From the NCBI GenBank assembly GCA_963835575.1, contig CAWIGG010000002.1, positions 256,001 to 320,000 on the forward strand: a DNA stretch of 64,000 nt, in the 5' to 3' direction. Of this stretch, positions 51,616 to 60,757 are shown piece after piece (the first letter of the stretch is position 1; every line of letters starts with the position of its first letter). Source of the DNA: an uncultured Spirochaetota bacterium (lineage in GTDB: Bacteria > Spirochaetota > Brevinematia > Brevinematales > JAOACQ01). Below the pieces are notes generated by a model. That model made no database searches, was not told the DNA's origin, and saw nothing but the letters and a program-made list of their open reading frames with translations. Both the position numbers and the translations under genes were made by a program.

Positions 51616-52878
51616 ATGCGGGCTTATGAAGTAAAACAGAATGAAATCACAATCGGCGGCATTACGGCAAAGGAGCTGGTCCGGGAATTCGGCAGTCCGC
51701 TCTATGTTTATAATGAAGCGGTCATAAAAAATAGATACGAAAAGCTTTTCGAATCGGTCAACTATGAAAAGAAACGGATCCATTACGCGATGAAAGCGAA
51801 TAATAACCTCAGGGTCCTTCAGATACTGGAAAAAGAAGGCGCCTCTATAGACGCTGTTTCAAAAGAAGAGGTGATGCTCGCGCTTAAAGCGAATTATTCC
51901 CCTCAAAAGATCCTTTTCACCGGAATCAATTTAAAAGATGAAGACATGGATTTCGCCCTAAAGAACGGAATACTTGTCAACATTGGTTCCCTTGCCGGCT
52001 TAAAAAAATACGGCGAAAAATACCCCGGTACGTCCGTATCTATACGCATCAATCCTGACATGGGCGCGGGCCATCATGACCACTGCGTGACGGGCGGCAG
52101 GGAGAGCAAATTCGGTATTTTTTATACCGCGAAAGGCAAATCGGATCTGGATGAAGTGCCTGAAATATTGAAAAAATATAAACTCAGGCTGACAGGGATC
52201 CATGCGCATATAGGTTCCGGCATTCTGGAAGAAAAAAAATATGTCCAGCTGATGCAGATCATACTGAATATCGCGAAAAGGTTCCCTAATCTTGAGTTTA
52301 TTGATATCGGAGGCGGCATCGGCGTGCCATACCGCCCTGAGGAAAAGGACTTTAATTTAAAAACTTTCGGAAAGCATGTTGATGAGATGATGAAGGAATT
52401 CACTGTCAGTTACGGCAGTTCTCCTTTTTTAGCCATAGAGCCGGGAAGGTTTCTGGTCGCGGAATCCGGCATTCTGCTCTGTACTGTGATGGAGATTAAA
52501 AAAACGCCGTTGTTTCAGTTTGCCGGCGTGGATACCGGCTTTAATCATCTACTCAGGCCGATGGCCTACGGCAGCTACCACCCGGTGCTGAACGCTTCTC
52601 GGTTTGAGGGCGAAAAAGAGGATTTTGCCGTCAGCGGCTATCTCTGCGAAAGCGGCGATGTTTTTACACGCAGCGAAGAGGGGATAGAGCCTCAGCTGAT
52701 TGTCAGGCCGGAAGCAGGGGATATACTGGCCGTATTGAATACGGGCGCATACGGTTTTTCAATGGCTTCCAATTATAACGCGCGCCCTCGTCCGGCGGAA
52801 GTCCTTGCTACAAACGGCGAGGCGAGGCTTGTCAGAAAGAGGGAAAGTTTCGAGGATCTGATCAGAACGCAGGTATAA
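51616..52878 (+). CDS. lysA: Diaminopimelate decarboxylase
   Basis: YAMKAN, SKFG, HAHIGS, IGGG, EPGRF, CESGD, GAYGFSMASNYN. Confidence 0.95.
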   Translation: MRAYEVKQNEITIGGITAKELVREFGSPLYVYNEAVIKNRYEKLFESVNYEKKRIHYAMKANNNLRVLQILEKEGASIDAVSKEEVMLALKANYSPQKILFTGINLKDEDMDFALKNGILVNIGSLAGLKKYGEKYPGTSVSIRINPDMGAGHHDHCVTGGRESKFGIFYTAKGKSDLDEVPEILKKYKLRLTGIHAHIGSGILEEKKYVQLMQIILNIAKRFPNLEFIDIGGGIGVPYRPEEKDFNLKTFGKHVDEMMKEFTVSYGSSPFLAIEPGRFLVAESGILLCTVMEIKKTPLFQFAGVDTGFNHLLRPMAYGSYHPVLNASRFEGEKEDFAVSGYLCESGDVFTRSEEGIEPQLIVRPEAGDILAVLNTGAYGFSMASNYNARPRPAEVLATNGEARLVRKRESFEDLIRTQV

Positions 52879-52887
52879 TAGACTTAT

Positions 52888-52924
52888 GGGCAGTTCCAAA
52901 AACATCAGGTTTTTGGAACTGCCT
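52888..52924. repeat. GGGCAGTTCCAAAAA hairpin element (may act as lysA terminator)
   Basis: GGGCAGTTCCAAAAAC-ATCAG-GTTTTTGGAACTGCCT. Confidence 0.75.
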
Positions 52925-52993
52925 TTATTACCTTTCAATCAGTATTCACTTTAATTTTCAAAAAACTTTTTTTAAAAAAAACTTGAAAAATAT

Positions 52994-53052
52994 TTGCAAA
53001 ACGACAAGTGTAGTATTATAATATTACTGAGTGATATTATAGAGTAATATTA
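52994..53052 (+). promoter_or_regulatory. Sigma70-type promoter with overlapping palindromic operator (candidate FapR site)
   Basis: TTGCAA-17-TATAAT; T(A/G)ATATTA octamers at 53019, 53032, 53045. Confidence 0.6.
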
Positions 53053-53064
53053 CGGGGTTGTAAG

Positions 53065-53685
53065 ATGAATAAGGTTCCGCAGTCAGTTCAGGACCGGTAT
53101 AACCATATCCGTGAAGAACTGGATAAAAATCCGTTCATCCTGGATGAGGAACTGGCCAATATCTTAAACGTCAGTATCCATACGATAAGGGCGGACCGGC
53201 GGAAGATCGGTATTCCGGAAGTCCGGCGCAGGGGTAAAGATACAACAGATACTATGTTTGCTCAGGCCAGGACGCTCACACAGCATGAAATTGTCGGGGA
53301 TATCCTGGAGATTGACCTGGATAAAGAAGGGCTTTCCCTGCTTGATACGGATGAATCCATGGCCTTGAAAAAGTCAAGCATCATCCGCGGCCATATACTT
53401 TTTGCCCAGGCCAATACTTTGGCGAACGCGATTCTGGACGCGGAAGTGGCCCTGACGGCGGAATCTGTAGTGAAGTTTATAGAGCCTGTTCGCGCGAATG
53501 AAAGGGTTCTGGCCAAAGCCCATGTTGTTTCATCAAAAAAGCATAAAAAAGTAGTGCAGGTGATCATGAAAACAAAGAAGAAAGTGGTTTTTGAAGGAAC
53601 GTTTACTATCTATTGCATGGATGCTGAAATGGCGTCCCACCTTCGCTTATTAAATGATGAAGAAATTTATGGAGGAGATAAATGA
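53065..53685 (+). CDS. fapR: Fatty acid biosynthesis transcriptional repressor FapR
   Basis: NPF..DEELA....VSI.TIR.DR...GIPE.R; RGH.LFAQAN.LA hot-dog domain; upstream of fabH. Confidence 0.9.
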   Translation: MNKVPQSVQDRYNHIREELDKNPFILDEELANILNVSIHTIRADRRKIGIPEVRRRGKDTTDTMFAQARTLTQHEIVGDILEIDLDKEGLSLLDTDESMALKKSSIIRGHILFAQANTLANAILDAEVALTAESVVKFIEPVRANERVLAKAHVVSSKKHKKVVQVIMKTKKKVVFEGTFTIYCMDAEMASHLRLLNDEEIYGGDK

Positions 53686-54617
53686 AGAAAATCGGAATAT
53701 TATCCATTGGAAAATATGTCCCTGAGAATAAGCTCACTAACGCCGATCTGGAAAAAATGGTTGATACGACAGATGAGTGGATTGTCAGCCGGACGGGGAT
53801 CCGTGAAAGAAGGATTGCCCTGAAAAATGTGCATGCGTCAACAATGGCCGTAAAAGCGGCGCAAGAATGCCTTTCCCGTGTTAATGTCAAACCGGACCTT
53901 GTGATATCTACGTCTGGAACAACCGAAACTAGTTTTCCGTACCAGGCAAGCGTTGTCGCCCATAAGCTCGGATTGACTGATATAGCGGGTTTTGATATGA
54001 ACGCCGCGTGCTCGGGATTGATCTATGCAATGGCAATCGGCAGCAGCATGATGCGGAGCATGGATTATAAAAATGTGCTTATTACGGCCAGTGAAAAAAT
54101 GTCGTCTTTTACGGATTATAAGGACAGGGCCAGCTGTATCCTTTTTGGGGACGGCGGAGCTTCTGTAATGATTTCAGACAAGGGCTTTGAGCATGAAATA
54201 GTTGCGTTCGAACTGGGGCTGGACGGAAGCGGAAGCAATCTGGTTACTATGGGTGCGCGGGAAGGGAGCAGCTTTTTCTGGCAGGACGGGCAGAAAGTAT
54301 TCCGGTTTGCCGTGACAAAGGTTGTGGAATTGATTGAGAATTTAAAAAAGAAAGTCGGTTTTAAAGAAAAGGACCGTCTGCATATCATACCGCATCAGGC
54401 CAACAGCCGTATTATCGAATCGGTATCCCAGCGCACCGGTCTGCCCATGGAAAGTTTTGTCATGAATATCGATAGATTTGGAAACACATCATCCGCTTCA
54501 ATCGGATTGGCTTTGGAAGAAGAATGGACCGGGAAGCGTTTTAAAAAAGGCGATTATATCTTCCTTATCGGTTTCGGGGCCGGTTTGAGCTGGGCAGCCG
54601 CGGCCATCCGCTGGTAA
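53682..54617 (+). CDS. fabH: 3-oxoacyl-ACP synthase III
   Basis: DTTDEWI..RTGI.ERR, AACSG, LFGDG, PHQAN, GNTSSAS, FGAGL.W. Confidence 0.95.
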   Translation: MKKIGILSIGKYVPENKLTNADLEKMVDTTDEWIVSRTGIRERRIALKNVHASTMAVKAAQECLSRVNVKPDLVISTSGTTETSFPYQASVVAHKLGLTDIAGFDMNAACSGLIYAMAIGSSMMRSMDYKNVLITASEKMSSFTDYKDRASCILFGDGGASVMISDKGFEHEIVAFELGLDGSGSNLVTMGAREGSSFFWQDGQKVFRFAVTKVVELIENLKKKVGFKEKDRLHIIPHQANSRIIESVSQRTGLPMESFVMNIDRFGNTSSASIGLALEEEWTGKRFKKGDYIFLIGFGAGLSWAAAAIRW

Positions 54618-54638
54618 AAAATATTTTTTCACATACAA

Positions 54639-54667
54639 AGGGCTGCATGTAATTGCAGCCCTATTTT
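54639..54667. terminator. Intrinsic terminator after fabH (intron target)
   Basis: AGGGCTGCA-TGTAAT-TGCAGCCCT-ATTTT. Confidence 0.85.
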
Positions 54668-54670
54668 ATT

Positions 54671-55548
54671 GTGCGCCCGGCAGGGCGCACGTTCTTGCGG
54701 GTGAAAGTCCCGTATGCACCCGGTAAGGGGAATCCCTCACCAGTTTGTGAACTTCTCCGGGCAGCCGGACAAACTGGTGAGGGACAGACGGCAAGGGTGT
54801 CCGCCGTGAGGCGGAATCTGAAGGAAGCTGCAGGCAAAGCACTGGTCTGACGAACAGAAACCGCATAGAGGCGGCACTGCTGGGTGAGACGGCAATTATC
54901 GTTAAAGCCCGATACTTACACAGAAAGCAATGACGTAGATGCGGCAGACATAAGTGTGAAGGAACGAGCGCATTACCCGGGGAGGTCTGACAGCCTGCCA
55001 CATATTGGCTATTGTCATCGAAAGGTGATAAGAGGGGTTTTCAGAAGTCAGCAGAAGCCATAGTAACCTCTTGACCGGAGGCGAAGGGCAGAACCAAACT
55101 ATAGGAGTACCGCTATGAATCCTGACACGGTAACTTACGCAGAAGCGGAAGGAAACTTTCCGGCTTTGACAAAGGATAGGGACGGAATTCCGAAGAATAG
55201 CCAAAGCGCGTGTATCCGTGCAGAGAGTCAAAGAAGGAGTACACCGGATGAAACAAATTTAATAGAGCGTCTGGTCAAACGCGAGAACATGCTGGAAGCT
55301 TATCACAGGGTGGTAAGCAATAAGGGGGCGGCGGGAGTTGACGGAGTCACTGTAAAACAGCTAAAAGGCTTCATCAACAAACATATGAACATCGCCTTTC
55401 CTAAGAAATTATTCGACAGTATGGGACTCGTATCGATGCTGAACAAGATTTGTATTTATCAGAAATTATATTTTGGAACCGCCGTATACGGAACCGTACG
55501 TACGGTGGTGTGAGAGGTCGGCGGGTGTAAACCCGCCTCCTACTCAAT
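54671..55548 (+). mobile_element. Class IIC group II intron, copy 2 (apparently identical to copy 1)
   Basis: Same sequence as 8200-9077 at offset 46471; three overlapping ORF translations are identical. Confidence 0.93.
55115..55513 (+). pseudogene. Intron-encoded protein remnant (RT0 + X tail), copy 2
   Basis: Identical 132-aa translation to 8644-9042. Confidence 0.85.
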
Positions 55549-56497
55549 TATTAGCCAGTACTTTCCGGTTAATGGAAGATAATATGATTATTAAAAGAAA
55601 AATGAAATAGGAAGCCGCCGCGCCCATCCCGAATTTCATGTATTGAAAAGCGTAAATGTAAAGATAGACGGCAAGAGTTCTTCCGGTCGCCGCGCCTCCC
55701 CCAAGCTGATTGGACCCGCCGAAAAGGACCATCGGGTCATCAAATAATTGAAGCTGGCCGATGATGGTCATTGTTGTAGCAACCAGTATGACAGGCTTGA
55801 GCAGCGGCAATGTGATTTTAAAAAATATATCGCCCCAATTAGCTCCGTCAATCCGCGCGGCCTCATAGAGCTCGCCGGGAATGGCCTGAAGCCCGGCAAG
55901 GTAAATAATGGCGTTCCAGCCGGTCCACTTCCAGACGGCCAGGGAAGCTATGGAAAACCAGGCCATGGTGCGCCTGAGCCATTCCACAGGTAATTCCATG
56001 GGGATCAGACCTCCGGATCCTATCAGATGCAGTTTTTCCAGTTCGGACAGCCAGAAGTTTAAGAGGCCGTACCTGTACCCGAATAAAATGCCGGCCACCA
56101 GAGCGATGGCCACTGATGAAGTGAGATAGGGTAAAAATAAAACGGATTTAAAAAACTCCTTGAATCTTACCAAGCCCAGATTAAGTACGAAGGCGAAGAA
56201 AAGAGCCAGCAGATGCTGAGGAATGGCCGTTATTATGCCGATTGCGAAGGTATTCAGCATGGACTGCCAGAACAAATTATCGATGATGATATTGAAGTAA
56301 TTCCTCAATCCGACAAACCGCATCGGCGTAACGGCATCCCAGCTGTTGAAACTGAGCATGAGAGAGTACATAATCGGAAAAATGGCGAAAACGGCAAAGG
56401 AAATGAAAAATGGCGATACAAACAGATAGGGCGTTGACTTGAATTTAAAGAAATTCCATTTATCTTTTTTATTATCGAAAACTCTTTTTTGAGGCAT
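55544..56497 (-). CDS. Carbohydrate ABC transporter permease
   Basis: FVGLRNY, YLAGLQAIPGELYEAARIDGA (EAA motif), ITLPLLKP. Confidence 0.92.
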   Translation of the reverse strand: MPQKRVFDNKKDKWNFFKFKSTPYLFVSPFFISFAVFAIFPIMYSLMLSFNSWDAVTPMRFVGLRNYFNIIIDNLFWQSMLNTFAIGIITAIPQHLLALFFAFVLNLGLVRFKEFFKSVLFLPYLTSSVAIALVAGILFGYRYGLLNFWLSELEKLHLIGSGGLIPMELPVEWLRRTMAWFSIASLAVWKWTGWNAIIYLAGLQAIPGELYEAARIDGANWGDIFFKITLPLLKPVILVATTMTIIGQLQLFDDPMVLFGGSNQLGGGAATGRTLAVYLYIYAFQYMKFGMGAAASYFIFLLIIILSSINRKVLANN

Positions 56498-56570
56498 TTT
56501 ACTCTCCCTTCAGTGTAATACGGGGGATTTGAGCAAAATATGCTTTAAAATAAAAAAAGTTTGTTTTACT

Positions 56571-56604
56571 GACAGTTCCAAAAAGCAATATTTATGGAAA
56601 TGCC
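56571..56604. repeat. Degenerate CAGTTCCAAAAA hairpin element
   Basis: GACAGTTCCAAAAA...TTTATGGAAATGCC. Confidence 0.5.
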
Positions 56605-56758
56605 TGAATATTATTTTAGAACACTTTTTACTAATAAACAATAGATGTTTTTTAAATTAATGCCCTCGGGAAAAATCAAGTTTGGAATTTAATGCCCGGT
56701 TTGACTTTTCCTCTTCATGCCTTTAACATAATTGTTTTTTTTTCAGGAGCCGTCTATT

Positions 56759-57973
56759 ATGCTGAGTAATATGATTTCCATGCCGAAGAGGATCCCGCGG
56801 GATTTTCTATTATTTTTAATAGCTGTTTCTTTTGCCGGTTTTTCGCAAAGCATGGTTGACACGACGTTTAATAATTTTTTGAAAGATGTTTTTTCCATTA
56901 CGGACTGGCAGAGGGCGTTTCTTGAATTTCCCAGAGAAATACCGGGCCTTCTTGTCGCTTTTATCGGCGCGGCTTTCTTTTTTATATCGAACAGGCGCCT
57001 TGCTGTTCTGGCAAATTTTCTGTGCGGACTGGGGATATTTCTCATCGGTCTTTTTTCTTTTAAATATTCGGTTATGCTGATGTGGCTTTTTATTTACAGC
57101 CTGGGCGTTCATATATTTCTTCCTCTGAACTCAAGCATCGGGATGGAACTGGCCAGGGAAGGCAGAACAGGGAAAAGGCTCGGGGAGCTGTCGGGGATGG
57201 CCAACGCGGCGGCTATTATCGGAAGTTTTATCGTATTTATGGGCTTCAGGTATCTTCATTTTAATTTTACGATAATATTTATAATTTCTGCCGCCGGTTA
57301 TATGGCGGCAACAAGCCTTATGTTCTTGATGAAAAAAGATAAGGCGGTTTCTTTAAAAGAGAAGATCAGGTTCCGTAAAAAATACGGCCTTTTTTACTGG
57401 CTTAATATTCTTTACGGCACGCGTAAACAGCTTTTTCTCACATTTGCGCCATGGGTACTGGTGCAGATATTCTCAAAAAAGATTGAATATGTCGCCATGA
57501 TTTTTACAATCGGCGGAATAGTCGGGATCCTTTTCAAGCCGCTTCTCGGCAGGGCGATCGATAAATTCGGCGAGAGAACCATTCTTATGGCCGAAGCCGC
57601 CGTTCTCATTTTTGTCTGCATCGGCTACGGATTTTCCAGGAATATATTTTCCGAAAGCATTGCTCTGATTATAGCTTCAACCTGTTATATTATAGACCAG
57701 CTCCTAATGGCTGTCGGTATGGCCAGGGCGACCTATCTTAAAAAAATAGCCGTTAAGGCTGAAGAAATCGCTCCGACTCTTTCAATCGGAGTTTCCATAG
57801 ATCATGTTTTTTCTATCTCCATCGCTTTATTGGGCGGTCTTGTCTGGAAGTTTTTCGGCTATCAGTATGTTTTTCTGATGGGCGGGATTATCGCCGCCGT
57901 GAATCTCTTTTCAGCCTCAAGAATAAGGATCAAGGCGCAAGCCGCCGAAGGTTTAATATCCGGTACTACTTGA
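56759..57973 (+). CDS. MFS transporter
   Basis: LEFPREIPG, GRAIDKFGER, ~12 TM helices. Confidence 0.85.
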   Translation: MLSNMISMPKRIPRDFLLFLIAVSFAGFSQSMVDTTFNNFLKDVFSITDWQRAFLEFPREIPGLLVAFIGAAFFFISNRRLAVLANFLCGLGIFLIGLFSFKYSVMLMWLFIYSLGVHIFLPLNSSIGMELAREGRTGKRLGELSGMANAAAIIGSFIVFMGFRYLHFNFTIIFIISAAGYMAATSLMFLMKKDKAVSLKEKIRFRKKYGLFYWLNILYGTRKQLFLTFAPWVLVQIFSKKIEYVAMIFTIGGIVGILFKPLLGRAIDKFGERTILMAEAAVLIFVCIGYGFSRNIFSESIALIIASTCYIIDQLLMAVGMARATYLKKIAVKAEEIAPTLSIGVSIDHVFSISIALLGGLVWKFFGYQYVFLMGGIIAAVNLFSASRIRIKAQAAEGLISGTT

Positions 57974-58008
57974 CCGATATTTTTTTATAATAAGAATAAG
58001 AGGAAGAT

Positions 58009-58512
58009 ATGGATTTGACCAAGTTTAATGACCTTGATATCGTAGTAGTCTGCGGTCTGCCGGGCGCCGGGAAATCCCACTTTTCAAAGGCTTATTTTGA
58101 AAAAACAAACAGGCAGAGGGTGTCCAGGTCTGAAATCCGGCGTTTTCTTTATGAGATGACCCATTTCGGGGCGGCATGGCAGACGGAATTATTCAAGGAA
58201 GAAAGTGAATTTCTGGTCAAGCATACCGAGAGGAAAATACTGGAACAATTGCTTCAGGAAAAACAGAAGGTACTTATCGACAATACCAGCGTGACAGTCG
58301 ATTCCCGCAAGCGTTATCTGGAATTGGCCAGAACATTGAAGAAAAGCATCGGGGCGCTGTTTATTCATAATCCCGTGCAGGTATGCCTGAAAAGAAACAA
58401 GCAGAATAAATTCGGGGTTCCGGATATCGTCATTTCCAATCTTTCAACGCATATTGAACTGCCTTCTACAAAAGAAGGCTTTAAAGAAGTGATGATCATA
58501 AAAGATTATTAA
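58009..58512 (+). CDS. P-loop kinase (AAA_33 / polynucleotide-kinase-like)
   Basis: GLPGAGKS, IDNT, C.KRN, P.TKEGF. Confidence 0.8.
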   Translation: MDLTKFNDLDIVVVCGLPGAGKSHFSKAYFEKTNRQRVSRSEIRRFLYEMTHFGAAWQTELFKEESEFLVKHTERKILEQLLQEKQKVLIDNTSVTVDSRKRYLELARTLKKSIGALFIHNPVQVCLKRNKQNKFGVPDIVISNLSTHIELPSTKEGFKEVMIIKDY

Positions 58513-58529
58513 TTGATCAGGAGTTTTTC

Positions 58530-60506
58530 ATGAAGATTTTTTTTGCTGCTTTTATTATGCTATGCCTGATTTTCAGTTTGTCCTTCCCTGTTTATACTAA
58601 ATATCTGAGCGATTTTAAATTCGATGCCGTGGAAAATTACGAATTCAGCAACATCAGTTTCATAGAGAACGGGGGGATTGAACTGGCCCGTGATTATAAA
58701 GAGGTATATTCCAGCCCCTTTCCCGTATGGTCTCTGGCGCAGTGGAAAGACGGCTTTCTGATCGGCGCCGGCGATACTGCCCAGCTCATTTATCTTAATA
58801 AAGAAAAAAACAGAACGATTTTTTCCAGTTCAAACCGCGTTCTTGTCAGCGACATAGAAATTATGAATGGGGATATTTATCTTGCGGTAATTCCCAAGGC
58901 CCAAATCCTCATCTTGGACAATGATTTTAAATTGAAGAAAACCATATCCCTTTCCAATGAATATATCTGGAATATTGTTCCGGCCGAAAAAGGGTTTTAT
59001 GTGTTGACAGGCAATCCGGCGGTCCTTTATTATTTTAATGAACAGGATAAAATGGAATTTTCCGTAAGCCTGGCAGGTGAGGATAATCTCCTCAAGGGCC
59101 TGATGGTTGGTAAGGAACTCTATTTTACAGCTGACGGGAACGTCCTTTATAAATTCGACAGTAAAAACAGGAAAATCAAGGGTGTTTATTCTTTTGATAA
59201 TTCGATACTCGATTTTATATCTGTCAAGCATAAGATTTATCTGATTACATCCCTGTCTGATTTAAAAAAACCTGCCCAGACCCAATCCAGCGAGCCTTCG
59301 ACAAGCGATGACGATATTTCAACCCCTATCAAGCAGACAAGCGATAAAAAAGGGACCCGCCCCGCGGTAGGAAAAAGCGCTCTCTATTCATACAATCCGG
59401 ACGGCACAATAGAGAAAATATTTGAGAAAAACAATATGAAGTTTATCTCCCTTTCCTACTGGGACAATTCACTCATAGTCGGCACGGATAAAAACGCTTC
59501 ATATTATCAGGTTTCATTACAGGGGAATGTCAGGAAGCTGTCAAGCCTGGGGATGGGTAAATTCGCCCGTTTTTTCACTTTGAAAGGCGAGAATTACGCG
59601 CTGTTGCTTGAACCATCCAGGATTTTGAAAATACTCCCCTCATTTTCTCCGCAGGGCTTTGTTACTTCAAGCGCATTTGATACCGGCAATATATCGCGCT
59701 GGGGAAAGCCTTTTATAGGGCAGACAGTTCAGCCGAAAACGGATATAAAAATATATACGCGCAGCGGGGCCCTTTCAAGCGATGATCTCTGGGATGATTG
59801 GGAACTCTATAATAATAAGATCGATTCGGCCCCCAACCGTTATCTTCAGTACAAGGTTGAGCTTTCTTCCGACGGGTCAAAATCGCCCTTGTTCCGCAAT
59901 ATGATTATTCCTTATATCCAGAATAACAGCGCTCCGAAGGTTGAGAAAGTGACTATCACTTTTAATAATAACAGCCTGTACAAGATCAGCTGGGACGCTC
60001 AGGATGATGATAAGGATACTCTCATTTACAATCTTTATTTATCCCAGGCGGATGATGATTGGATTAAAATAAACGATAAGCCCTTGGAAGATAATAATTT
60101 TGACCTGAATACGGCCAATTACCCCGAAGGTCAGTACCGGATCAAGGTGACTGCGTCCGATGAAAGGTCCAATTCAAAAGAGGAAGCAAAGGAAGGTTAT
60201 AAAATAAGCGATCAATTTGTAATAGACAATAACCCGCCTTTTATCGGGGATATTTCAATTAAAAAAAGCGGACAGCTCTTTGAACTGGAATGGAAGGTCG
60301 CCGACAGCCTTTCTCCGATATTCGATGTGTCTTACAGCATCAACGGCCTAAAATGGATCAAGCTTTTACCGGTCGATGGAATTTACGATTCACTATCGGA
60401 ATCATTCAATCTAAAAATCGAAATCAATCAGCCTTCTTCATTTGAAATTAAAGCTGTGGATATTTACGGCAATGCCTCGACAAAAGGGATTTTTATCAGG
60501 AAATAG
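58530..60506 (+). CDS. Exported beta-propeller / FN3-like protein
   Basis: Signal peptide; TRSG....W..W, RYLQYK, ISWDA.D.D.D.L.Y, G.YRIKV.ASD, DN.PP. Confidence 0.65.
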   Translation: MKIFFAAFIMLCLIFSLSFPVYTKYLSDFKFDAVENYEFSNISFIENGGIELARDYKEVYSSPFPVWSLAQWKDGFLIGAGDTAQLIYLNKEKNRTIFSSSNRVLVSDIEIMNGDIYLAVIPKAQILILDNDFKLKKTISLSNEYIWNIVPAEKGFYVLTGNPAVLYYFNEQDKMEFSVSLAGEDNLLKGLMVGKELYFTADGNVLYKFDSKNRKIKGVYSFDNSILDFISVKHKIYLITSLSDLKKPAQTQSSEPSTSDDDISTPIKQTSDKKGTRPAVGKSALYSYNPDGTIEKIFEKNNMKFISLSYWDNSLIVGTDKNASYYQVSLQGNVRKLSSLGMGKFARFFTLKGENYALLLEPSRILKILPSFSPQGFVTSSAFDTGNISRWGKPFIGQTVQPKTDIKIYTRSGALSSDDLWDDWELYNNKIDSAPNRYLQYKVELSSDGSKSPLFRNMIIPYIQNNSAPKVEKVTITFNNNSLYKISWDAQDDDKDTLIYNLYLSQADDDWIKINDKPLEDNNFDLNTANYPEGQYRIKVTASDERSNSKEEAKEGYKISDQFVIDNNPPFIGDISIKKSGQLFELEWKVADSLSPIFDVSYSINGLKWIKLLPVDGIYDSLSESFNLKIEINQPSSFEIKAVDIYGNASTKGIFIRK

Positions 60507-60557
60507 TTTTCTTTTAAATTTGCCACAGACATAGAGGGAATAAAAAGGTTCATGAAC

Positions 60558-60638
60558 AGCCACAGAATTTCACAGAAACACACAGAAATAAATAAATTTA
60601 AAAAACGGTTCCGTGTCCTTCGGTGTCATTCTGTGGCT
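60558..60638. repeat. 9-bp-periodic inverted-repeat element (CACAGAA type), followed by further half-arms to ~60726
   Basis: AGCCACAGAATTTCACAGAAACACACAGAA ... TTCCGTGTCCTTCGGTGTCATTCTGTGGCT. Confidence 0.8.
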
Positions 60639-60757
60639 AACCCCGTTCTTTCGCACTCCTTCCTGTCTTCCTGTTAATTCTCACCGCTCTTCCTAATTCG
60701 TGCCTATTCGCGTGCATTAGCGGATTACCCCGTCTTCCATCGCAGGAAAAAATTATT

